Shown one piece after another: positions 1-10,568 of a stretch of DNA of 64,000 bases. The notes below the pieces were generated by a model. The model saw nothing but the letters and a program-made list of their open reading frames with translations, did not search any database and was not told the origin of the DNA. The first letter of the stretch is position 1. Each line of letters begins with the position of its first letter. This DNA comes from Sphyrna mokarran (lineage: Eukaryota). The stretch is from assembly GCA_024679065.1 (NCBI GenBank), contig JAGIQG010000012.1:49600001-49664000 (forward strand), given 5' to 3'. The translations under genes were made by a program, and so were the position numbers.

Positions 1-143
1 AGCATTGTAGCACCATGCCCCACTGATAGCAAGATGAAATTCATCGTTCCCTCTAGCCCAGAACAGGAAACCTTGCTGAAAACAGAAAAAAAAGACTTGT
101 TTGTATTTTTAAAGTTTGGAGTTCATGTTGCTTTGTAGCTTTA

Positions 144-436
144 GATGGCACTGAGGCACATTGGTTAGCACTGTTGCCTCACAGTGCCAAGGACTCTGGG
201 TTTGATCCTCAGATTGGGTCAGCATGGAACCTACACATTCTCCCCATATCTGTGTCTGTTTCCTCCAGCTACGCTGGTTTTCTCCCACAGTCCAAAAGAC
301 ATGCTGATTAGGTGCATTGGCCGTGCTGAATTCTCCATCAGTATACCCGAACAAGTGAGAGTGTGACGACCAGGCTATTTTCAAATAACTTCATTGCAGT
401 GTTAATGTAAGCCTATTTGTAACAAATAAACTTTAA
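144..436 (+). mobile_element. tRNA-derived HE1/V-SINE-like SINE
   Basis: A/B-box head GGTTAGCACTGTTGCCTCACAGTGCCAAGGACTCTGGGTTTGATCC, followed by a V-domain-like core and an A-rich end. Confidence 0.8.
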
Positions 437-566
437 GCTCCAACACAAGTCAGGAACCAATGCTCCAAAGGTGACAGCAATGATTGATTTGATCGAGAAA
501 TGCATGGAAAATGTAGTTTGAGAAGAAGTGTGAAGGGGAGCTAGCCCCTACTATGACTGTCTGTCC

Positions 567-637
567 GGCCCGAAATCTTGTGGCTTTTGATACCAAATAA
601 ACCTGTTGGACTTTAACCTGGTGTTGTGAGACTTCTT
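567..637 (+). mobile_element. Truncated Penelope-like terminal-repeat fragment with 11-bp flanking direct repeat
   Basis: CCAAATAAACCTGTTGGACTTTAACCTGGTGTTGTGAGACTTCTTACT is shared with copies at 36.1, 50.8, 51.9, 52.2 and 59.8-60.3 kb. ACTGTCTGTCC occurs at 556-566 and 638-648. Confidence 0.7.
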
Positions 638-699
638 ACTGTCTGTCCCTTTAACAACCCTGCTGCCTGGCCGCTGCTGAGTCCACAGCAAAGTACCGG

Positions 700-950
700 C
701 TTCATTCCGGGAGGCCGCCCATTGGCTGGCAATGATGTCATGAGGGGCGGACAATGGGCTCCGCCCCCACTCCCCACCAATGAGAGAGCGGCGCTCCACA
801 AGCGCGGCTGATGATTGGTAGTTGCAGGGGGAGGGGCGGGGCCATGTTTCGGAAGGCGTGTCTGAGCTTGAGTGCCTATTGGCTAGTCCCTCTGTCAATC
901 ATCCCGGTGGCTCCGCCTGCCCCATCAGGTGAAGGGAATGCGCTGTTAGA
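700..950 (+). promoter_or_regulatory. DUSP10: Probable DUSP10 promoter (GC/CpG-rich, CCAAT and GC boxes)
   Basis: CCAAT/ATTGG at 721, 777, 814 and 878; GC boxes at 744, 761 and 833; TGATGTCA (Jun/ATF-type) at 733-740; ETS-like CGGAAG at 850. Lies ~700-950 bp upstream of the ATG. Confidence 0.75.
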
Positions 951-989
951 AAAGTTTCCCTGAATTAAAGTGGCAGTGGCGACATTCTT

Positions 990-1292
990 AGTGAGTGAGG
1001 GAGAGAAATGAGTGACAGAAGAGTGAGTGAAGAAGAGAAATGAGAGGGTGGAGGAGGCAGTGAGGGGCGCAATGAGTTTGTGAGTGAGGAAGCAATGAGT
1101 GAGTGGAGGAGGCAGTGAATAAGGGAGAGAAATGAGTGAGTGAAGGAAGCATTAAATGAGGGACAGGATTGAATGAGTGGAGGAGGCAGTGAGAGAAGTA
1201 GAGAGAGAGAGAGAGTGAGTGACTGAGGTGGGAGGAGAGAGAGGAATAAAAGTCTTTAAAACCATAATAAATAAAGAGAGTAAATAGGAGGA
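990..1292 (+). repeat. Purine-rich degenerate tandem repeat (GAGTGAGTGGAGGAGGCAGTGA / GAGAGAAATGA units)
   Basis: Repeated units are directly visible and the + strand is strongly purine-biased. Confidence 0.8.
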
Positions 1293-1649
1293 GTTAGTGC
1301 TGTGACTAGATGTAATGAAGTTTCTGCTTCCTCCTTCCGCACTCACTGCTGCTGTGGATAAGTTTGAGTGAGCCCGCCTCTGTGTGTGTCTCTGAGTTTA
1401 AATTGAACACACTTCCCCGGGACAGTCAGTGTGTTCCAGCCTCCCGTTTGCCCAAATGCAGGCGCCCGTGGCCGCCGTGTATTTTTAGCCGGCGATTGCC
1501 CCCTTTTTGCAGCAGGCAGGACCAATGCGTGCCTGTGCACCCAGTGCTCTCCCCTCCCCTCCCTCTGCTCTGATGCTGACAGCACACTCGATCCGCTCTC
1601 AGTCCACCTCCTGCACGGCTGGCCAGCGGGGCTCCTGCACATCATCCTG

Positions 1650-2586
1650 ATGCCTCCAACCCCTCTGGACGAACGGATTGTCGGGGTGGTGGCATTGCCG
1701 AGGCCGGTCAGACCGCAGCAACTCCGTCTCCGCCTGGACAGCGGCGGCTACGTGGCTTCTTCCCCCGGAGCGAGTGAGAGGAGGGCGGCAGGCGGCGGCG
1801 GCGAGCCCACAGCACGGAGCCCGACCCCCAGCAGCCCGGCGGCGGCTGAGCTCCCGTTCCGAGGCGGTAACTTCACGTATATGCCATCATCTAGCGGCTC
1901 GGTGCGCTCCCTGTCCTGCGGATGTAGCGGCGCTAGTTGCTGCACGGTGACCAGCTACCAGAGCCAGGGAGGAGGAGGAGGAGGAGGCAGCAGCACCGGC
2001 ACCAACCTGCTCCCAGCCTCGGCTGCCAAGCTCGGCACTCCGGCCAACTGCCCCAGCTGTGCGGCCAGCCCGATGGTCAGCAGCGGCGGCGGCGGCGGCA
2101 GCAGCAATGAGAACGGCGGCACCACCCTGAGCCCCCCGGCTGGGGCTGCTGCTGCTGCTGCTGCTGCTGGGACCGGGGGAGTCCCCCTCTCACCCCCGCT
2201 GCCCGGAGTCCGCACCATCCACCCCGCCGAGCTGGCCAAGAAGCTGAGCCGCTGCAGCAAGGGCCCCCCGTCCACCCAGAGCCAGGCTCCGGTCATCATC
2301 GACTGCCGCCCCTTCATGGAATATAACAAAAGCCACATCCAGGGAGCCGTCCACATTAACTGCTCGGACAAGATTAGCAGGAGGAGGCTGCAGCAGGGCA
2401 AGATCACCGTGCTGGATCTCATCTCCTGCCGGGAGGGCAAGGACTCCTACAAAAGGATTTTCTCCAAGGAGATCATAGTTTACGATGAGAACACTAACGA
2501 GCCCAACCGAGTGATGCCCTCTCAGCCTCTCCATATAGTGCTGGAGTCCTTGAGACGAGAAGGCAAAGATCCACTGGTTTTAAAAG
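1650..2586 (+). CDS. DUSP10: DUSP10/MKP-5 first coding exon (N-terminal extension plus rhodanese/MAPK-binding domain)
   Basis: ATG at 1650 gives MPPTPLDERIVGVVALPRPVRPQ, matching the DUSP10 N-terminus. The exon also encodes IIDCRPFMEYNKSHIQGAVHINCSDKISRRRLQQGK (rhodanese domain and kinase-interaction motif). It ends at the donor AAAG|GTAGAC, phase 1. Confidence 0.96.
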
Positions 2587-3779
2587 GTAGACTTTTGGAA
2601 ATGTTCTTTTTTTTAAATCAGAGTTTTTGGACAAGGGTTGGGGGGATTAATAATGCATGCTATCAAAGATGTAACTTTTTTTCCCTCAATATTCAATTGC
2701 CTGCTGATAAAGCCACACTTAAGAGTTGACAAGTCATTTGTAAACACTCCACCCTGCGCAACTAAATCAGCCCTTTTCAAGTCCCCACTACACTATACAT
2801 TTTAGGCACCCGCCTGAACTTTTCATGGGTAAAGCAATCGGATTGGAAGTAAATAAGGTGACCTGTGTTTATTTCTGGTTCGTGAATGAAAAATCCCGTT
2901 TTGCAATGTCACATTGGGGCAACGCAGGAACATCCTGCAAACGAATCCAGTATGTGTAGCACGTCACCCTGGCTGCTTGTGCATTACTGCTTTTCTAGCA
3001 CAGAAATCGAGGGGAATAGGTCCATTAATGATGATTCATGATCTGCAGGTATTAACAAGTTCTGAAAGGTCCCGATTGCATGGTGAGCCTAATATCCGAT
3101 ACAGCATCATTAGGGATATCGGAATGAATGATATTGACTTTGGTTTTGAATGCAATGCAGCAAATGCATTTTTTCAATTCCATTGCAGTAAATTTATCAT
3201 GTTAAGGAGTGAGCAACAGCAGTATTTATTGATGGCCTTTACAGAACCGAATGCAAAACGGCTTAGCAGCTGCAGCACTGACCTTCTTGACCAGATTGAT
3301 GTGGCTCTGAATCCTAAAGCGGCTTGTCATTCAAATCTGTCCGCAACAGTTGGGATTGAATTCTGCCAGTCTGAGCCAGGCTGCTAGGTGGAGCACTTTT
3401 TCTAGCAGTGGGTTTTGTTTCAAGGACAATGAAAAATAAGTGATATTGCCCATCTAGTTTCACCACAGCATGCATCCTCCTGTTGGTTAGCTGTAGAGCA
3501 TGGGGTTGGAGAGATCTGTGACCTTCACTGGCGTGAAGGCATGTCTGAAAAAATAGAGGCCCCATGGTGCAAAATGTGCAAAAGGTAGTAGGTAGAATGG
3601 GAGAGATCAAATTAGAAACTGTGGTGGAAGTGTAATACAATATTAGTAACACCATGAACAAGGGAGACTACTTTGTAAATGATGAACTGAATACTCAGAA
3701 GCAGAGATGATGGTAAACCTTTAAAAGTGGTTGCTTTGGCCATGGGTTAGTTAAGTGTGTCCAATTTTGAAATCGCTAT

Positions 3780-5430
3780 GTTTTGGAAAGATATCAAGAC
3801 CATGCAGATGTTGCAGACAAGATTTACTAAGATGAGGCTGAGTGATGAGGAGAAACCAGAGGAAATGGGCTCCAGTTGTGTAGTTAAGCAACCTTCTTAA
3901 CAAATGATATAAGTAGTATCATGCGTAAAGACAAGGCTTATGCAAATGTGAAAAAAGTGGAAATTAAGCAGACCATTAAAGTATCGAATGCAAAGAGATA
4001 CTAAATGCTCTTGGGGAACAAAACAAAGGATACCAAAGCTAACAATGTTTATAAATCTACTAAGAGAGTGGGCAAAGGGGAATATGGTTTCATTGTTTTA
4101 CCTTCAGTCTTTAAATGATGAAGGCTGTTAATTTCAGATTTTGCACCCCTTTCCACTGTGCAGGAAGGGAACAAAATACGAGCGATACAAGGGAGCTTAA
4201 CAATAAGACAAAGGCAAGAACTTGGTATCTTTTAATCCAAGTTTGAAAAATGGTAATGGGAAAAAATAATAGAATGAAAGATGGACACAGTTCTGAGACC
4301 TAATGGCTTTCAATTCAATGCTCAAAGGAATGGGTGAGGAAATTCTAAATGCATTAGTCATTTTTCAAGGCTTTCCAGATTTGTTTGGAAAATGGCAAAC
4401 GTCACTCATTATTTAAGAAGGGAAGATGGGGAGAAAATGGGCTGCTACAAATCCTGCAGTTTAATATCAGTTGCGAGTAAGTTTTTGGAATTTATCCTGA
4501 GAGGCAGAGCGACTGAGTGTTTAAACAAGAATAAACAGATCAAAGAGAGAGTTAAGTTACATGTGTGATGAGTAGATCATGTCTGTTTTTTGAAGAAGCC
4601 ATTAGCATGATGGACAGGGAACTGAATGGACAAAATTATTTATTCTATACCTAAAAATAATCAAGGGAGTTATTTTTTTTTTTTAGAAGGTTGGAAATAT
4701 AGGGAGCAAAGAATATTTGGAATCCAAATACTTACGTAGAGAGGTACAAAGAACAATGAAATGTTGGCTCATCTTGAAGGTTGAAGTACAAAGGGAGGGG
4801 AAGTTGTGCTTCAGTTGTACGGAGCCTTGATCAGATCACATCTGTATATTGCATTCCGTTTCGGGTATCTCACAGGAAGGATACACTCACTACAGTGAAG
4901 GTGCAGTGAACGATCCTCAGGATAACTAAGGCTTAGAAGGTTACATTCAAGGGACAAATTACAAAAACCTGGCTTGTTATGCCTTGAGTGTGGAAGATTG
5001 TGTGAACAGATCAGTGTGTTTACAATGTTCAGATTGGTACGGAGAAAATGCAGAGAAACTACTTCATCTAGTGGAAGAATCAAAAATAATGTATTTTTAT
5101 TAGTTCCATTATTATCTTGCAATTAGAGCTACACTATGAAAGAAACCTTTTCATGCAATAGATAATAGAAATCTAGTGTTCTCTCCACTAAAAGTTCATG
5201 CATGCAAGAATTGTTAGAGCTTTCAAGACAGATGAGTATACTTTTTGCTAGGCAACATTTTCAAAGCTTTAGTTTCCATACTGCAAAAAAAAATACACTC
5301 AAAAGGAGCAAAAAAATCTTTAAGGATGACACTAGAATTGATGGGGTGGAACTATCAGAAAAGATAGGTTTGAAGTATAGATCACTTATAATTCAGTTGA
5401 ATGGTTTACTCCTAAGAATTCACTAACATA
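3780..5430 (+). mobile_element. Highly decayed CR1-type LINE ORF2 fragments
   Basis: Patchy similarity to CR1 RT/3' sequences (e.g. GGAAAATGGCAAACGTCACTCATTATTTAAGAAGGG; CAGTTGTACGGAGCCTTGATCAGATCACATCTG). No intact ORF. Confidence 0.55.
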
Positions 5431-6744
5431 ACGTACTAAAATCATTCTCCTTTCTGGCTGGAGTCATTACCAATCTTAGCTGAGGATGAGTTGCATAAAA
5501 CACAAACAGGATGCTTAACGTAACTATTCAGTCCTGATGTCCATACTCCCCACAATCTTCCCATGATACTTGCCTCATTTTGCACATCTTTCTATTCCCT
5601 TTTTTCCTGATGCTTTTCTATGTTTATCTTGAGATATTTGCCCGAATCACTTTCTATAGTGATGCATTACACATTCTAACCACTGAGTGAAGACATTTCT
5701 CCTTTTTTTTTCCCCATTAGATTTATTTGTATTTTTATTATTACTTTTCTCTGAATGCTTTATTGAATTTATGAATGACTATCTTATATTTATTGTCCTA
5801 ATTATGTGGAAATGCTCTGTGTCTATCAAAATTGTTAATAATTTTAAAGACCTTTTATTATGTCACTCCTCAGTCTTCACTTTCCTGTGAAAGAGAATCC
5901 CCAACTATTCAGTCTTTTCTGATAGTTCCACCCCATCAATTCTAGTGTCATTCTTAAAGATCTTTGCTCCTTTTGAGTGTATCTTTTTTTTTGCAGTATG
6001 GAAACTAGAGCTTTAATCAGATCTCTCTGTAGATGTATAGTGGAAAATCAATGAAGTGCAGCTTCTGAAATCTTAAAGGATAATTAACTGAGCCCTATAT
6101 CAATGGTCCTTCTTCTGTTAGTCATCTATTCAGAATAAGTATTGAGTCTTGTGTTGAGTATCGTTTAGATAGAAATGTTTGAAATATTTCATTTCACAAT
6201 GCTTGGTTTGATTTTTAATGTACTTGCATTTGTATCCAAAATTTAATTGTAGGGGAATGTACATTTAGCATAGTTTCGATCCTTTTCAAATCCTAGGTGA
6301 CTAACCTTGACAAATGCAGGAATAGCTGTGAAATTGGAAGGAATCTTTCCATCAGAAAACAGGTGTAGAATTGCCATTATTGGCTTACTGTCTGCCAAAC
6401 AGCTTTTCTCTCTTGGTGCCAAAAAACAAATCTGCATGAACTGATAATAACCTAAAAAGGAGGGTACTGACATATCCCTCCATTAGGTTCCTCCCTTCCT
6501 CACGCATTAGCGGAAATACAGCTGTGTTTTGAATTTCATAGCTAGTTCGGAAGACATGGGACAATCTTTGGTCTTTATCACATAGTTGTTAAAAACAAAA
6601 ACACAAAGGTACAGGTGATATGGAGGATCCTGCCTCGCCTAACTTTCCTTTCATTCCAATAAATAAAAAGAAACAAGCTTAGTAAGGACCATGTAGTGCT
6701 CTCTCCCAGGTTCTCCTCTTTATAATCCACTAACTCAAGGGGAC

Positions 6745-6955
6745 AACTTCTCTGCTGCCATCATACCTTCAAATGGGCCTAATTTATATTATGCTGATTT
6801 TTCTCTACACCCTAGCTGTGGCTGTAATACTATATTCTGCACTCCCTCTTCTCCTCCTTTCTGTACTCTACGAATGGTATGTTCTGTCAGTGTAGCTCAC
6901 AAGAAACAATATTTTTCTCTGTATCCTAGTACGCGTAATAGTAATAAATCAAATT
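6745..6955 (+). mobile_element. Rex1/Babar-like LINE 3' end
   Basis: Reverse-complement homolog of the copies at 20.1, 25.7 and 44.9 kb. Ends in AATAAATCAAAT. Confidence 0.6.
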
Positions 6956-9900
6956 ATCACCCTGTTTATACCAGTGGCAAAAGACATAACAGGTACCCAC
7001 AGATCTATTGGCACATTGATCCTCTCTTTGATGTCCAAGGAGTTAAAAGTCGGCATGACCTCCAAATTGATGTGTTATAGTTACAGACAAAAGTGCAAGA
7101 CAACAAGCGACTTGGCCAAATTTTGAAGAAAACAACTTGCAAGGATAACGGGAAATGTATTAAGGTTTGAGTTATATCAGACTTAAAATGTAGGGAAGGG
7201 CAAGGAAACAGCACTGTGAAAAGCATTTTATAGTTCATCGGCACTGAATTTTTAAAAGTTAAACCATTTAAATTTTTTAAAAATTATCTTTACATTAATG
7301 CACCATATCTATGGAAGAATGTGAGATTCAGCATGGCATTTTTTTTTCAGCTTTACTCCTCAAAGGATCAGTGTATATTTATAATCGAAATGACTGTGCC
7401 TGTATCCAATCCCCGTTTATGTTTGTAAACACTGTTGCTTAGAGATGACCTGTCTAAGTCTAGAGCCCAGGACTGGATGTTGTCCACTCCAAGTTTGGTA
7501 TTGCCTAGTGGGGCTATTACTGTTTCAGTAGTGTAGAGGCATCTGGATATAAACTGATCAGGAGGCCCACAGTTGTTTGTGTGATTGAATTACTTTAAGT
7601 TTGAATTGATAATTGTTCAGGAAGAGAGGGTGTTGATAACAGTTCTGATTGCACAAGCTGTCATGAACTGGAAATAGTTTAAATTAGCAAACAGGAACCT
7701 GGCTGATTTTTCACCGAATTTGCATATAACCTATTGAGTCAGGAGGGACTTCTGATAATTTGCCTGTATCAGGACATTGTGAAAGATTTGCTTATAACTG
7801 ATTTGTGTATGCATTTTACTTTTTGTAGGTCAGCCCTGATGATCTCAAGCTATTAAAGTTGTAGAATTGAACAAAGTTTTAACAATATCTAACTTTTTAA
7901 CTTGTTAACTTTTTGATTTTTTTTTTGCAAATGCATTAAGTATTTGGAATAATTGAATTTTGTTCTTCAACTCCATCCTTCCCTTTGCTCTTCAGATCAG
8001 ATATAATTACATTTGAAATATAGTTGCACCAGGTAACGAAGTAAAAATAATTGCTTTAGGCTGAATGTTTTTAATTATGTTGCACTTTGCAGCAATTGAG
8101 GGATCTTTAAATGGCATGAAGGCGTGCCTGGAAAAAGAAGGCACATTTTAAATGTCTTCTGTTAAAACTTTGAGCAATCAATTGCTCGTTTTAATGCTAA
8201 AGCGACCTGAATGTTAAAGAATAATCAGAGATCACAGGAAATTAAACTGGGTGCTTTTGGGACTATTTGTACTTGAAAGTAATTGTCGCGTTACATTTTG
8301 TCATGACATTCTAGTTTCTGGCACCTGTAGAGCAGACTGTGAAATGACAATTAGTCAGCTGTATCAGCTAATGACTCCTTTGATCTATTAAAGTTCCAAT
8401 TTAGTACACATTACCTAAAATAATAGTTCTGATTTCTCTGAAATAAAGTGAGCACTAGATAATTATCCAAGCTAAATTCTCCATTATGGATACTATAATA
8501 TTGATTTTCTGCAGATATTTTTGATTTATAAAAATAACATCAGTGTGCATTAAATGTTTAATTCCAGATTCACTTGCATCCATGTACAGTATCTGAAAAC
8601 AATAATTTTGTCTGTCATATCTCCTGCTTGGGTGCTACAGTTCTATAAACTTGTTTTATGTCAAACTTTAAGCTATTTGTTTCAGGTTTTTACCTTCGAA
8701 AACCAGCAAGAAATCACAACAGGCAGGAAATATATCAATCGCAGGCAACAACAAGGATAAGAAATATCCATCAGAAATGCTTACCCAACAACAGAAGTCA
8801 ATAAAAAAGTGGCTAAAACAACACATTGCTTATGTAAAATATATAGATTTGTTTTTTCTTCACTGCCTCCTTGTGTTTTGTATGAGGCTGTCATTTCTGT
8901 TGGAAATCGGTTTGGATGTAATAGACATAAGACATAACGTTATTGAACTTGCCTGTGCAACAGAAAATGTCTAAAGTACATTTTTATTGGAGGTCTATAC
9001 CTATTTGAGAAACCAGAGCTTTTCTTTTGACTTGTAGCAATTTCTCAGACATATCACTCTTTACTTAGGAAACGTAATTCAACTGGCTATAAATCTAAAG
9101 AGGCACTGTGCAGAAATTCCTAGTTGTTAAAATAACGATGAGCCTCGCTTTTAACAAAGCGTGCAAGGGTTTTATTTGAGGAAGTCTCCATTGTCTTTAG
9201 TGAGAATAAAAGTCATAAACTTAAATAAGTAACAAAAATGCAATCTCATTTTTCAGGAAATAATCCTACTCATATCAGGAAGAAGATCTTGGCCACTCAT
9301 ACTTCCATGCATTTAACAATCCCCTTCTAGCACAGGATCTGATGTTCTGGTATCATTGGATATCAGAATCATCTACTAGCATTATTCTATATATTGGAAG
9401 ACCAGGTTTTGATGATGATACTATTTGTTCTCAGATTCTGATATATTTTTCAATATGCAAAAGGTTAGCAACTTGTAGTGAGGAAGAGATAATTTGTGAA
9501 TTAGAAATTACCACAAACTGCTGGATGATTTGTATCACTGTGGTATTAGCTATGTGGAATTGGCATCTTGAGATGAACATTCCTTTGAATTTCATGACAA
9601 TGCTACACTTGCACATTAATTATTCGTTCACTTACTCTCAATGAAATTGTTGTTCCTTGATTTTATTTCTCTTTCTATATCTGATTTGACATTTGATTTA
9701 TGCATTCTCACATAACCATCTTTTTTTCGTTTATATCTCAGTCTTTTTGGAGAGACCCTGTTTGTTTTGTTGTTTTCAGGAGTCTTCGATACCTTATTGC
9801 CCACACTGTGATGTTATCTACTCACATTGACAACAAATTTGTGGGCAGATTTTAAAAAAAAAAACAATATGTAGGTAATTAAGCCTAACTAACGGGGCAT

Positions 9901-10339
9901 GGCATGAGATACTCCACTCCGGCAAATTCTAGTTACAGTGTGTAACAGTCAGTTTGGGCATGATTGGGCATCATATGAGTGTTGCACTTTTTTAATCTGA
10001 TTTTTTTTTTTGTGTGCTCTGCACCTTGCATTGAAAAATATCAGAATCTGAGGACAAACAACATTATTGATCTGAAAGAGGACTGGCAACTTGTAGTGAG
10101 GAAGAGACAACTTTGTGAATTGCAAATCACATAAACTGCTGGTTGATTTGTACCACCAGGGCATTAGCTATGTGGCATCTTGTCCTGTCCCTTGACAAAA
10201 ATAATCTGATCTCAAATTGGTCCAGGTATAGCATTTAAATATGTCAACTGATTACCTCTTGACTCTGTTCCATCTTGGTAACAGAACACATTGTTAATGG
10301 CGTGGTATAGTCCCTTGTCTTTACAAGGGGAGAGTCAAT

Positions 10340-10568
10340 GATCAGGCAGGTTGACCTCCTAGGCTAAGCTAGAGTCAGTGATCAAGTTAGCCGATGAGGT
10401 TTAACCGAGGCATTGCCTGATGCAATTTTTCAAAAGCCATCTGGGCCTTTTGACTAAGACAAAGCCCAGGATGGAATGTAATGCCTTATCTTGTCAGCTT
10501 GGATCTTTTGGACCTCCTGTGGGGGGCCATGAATTGGATTCAATTTAATTTTTTTTTTGGAATTAAAA
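10340..10568 (+). mobile_element. Diverged second copy of the U2-related SINE-like element
   Basis: TCTGGGCCTTTTGACTAAGACAAAG (10440-10464) matches U2 nt 7-31 at 21/25. It shares GCAATTTTT-AAAAGC, AAGCCCA...AGCTTGGATC and GAATTGGA...TTGGAAT-AAAA, in the same order, with 18400-18615. The 5' boundary is uncertain. Confidence 0.65.

Noticed and set aside
1431-1649. 73-codon in-frame upstream extension of DUSP10 in the ORF track
   Set aside because: It starts at GTG, shows no DUSP10 similarity, and the conserved start is MPP at 1650. Likely UTR or intron.
1955-2534. Antisense ORFs of 161 and 114 aa
   Set aside because: Shadows of the GC-rich coding exon.
2587-2729. ORF read-through past the exon
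   Set aside because: Intronic; homology resumes in phase at 31525.
2914-3387. 157-aa intronic ORF
   Set aside because: TTG start and no recognisable homology; compatible with chance.
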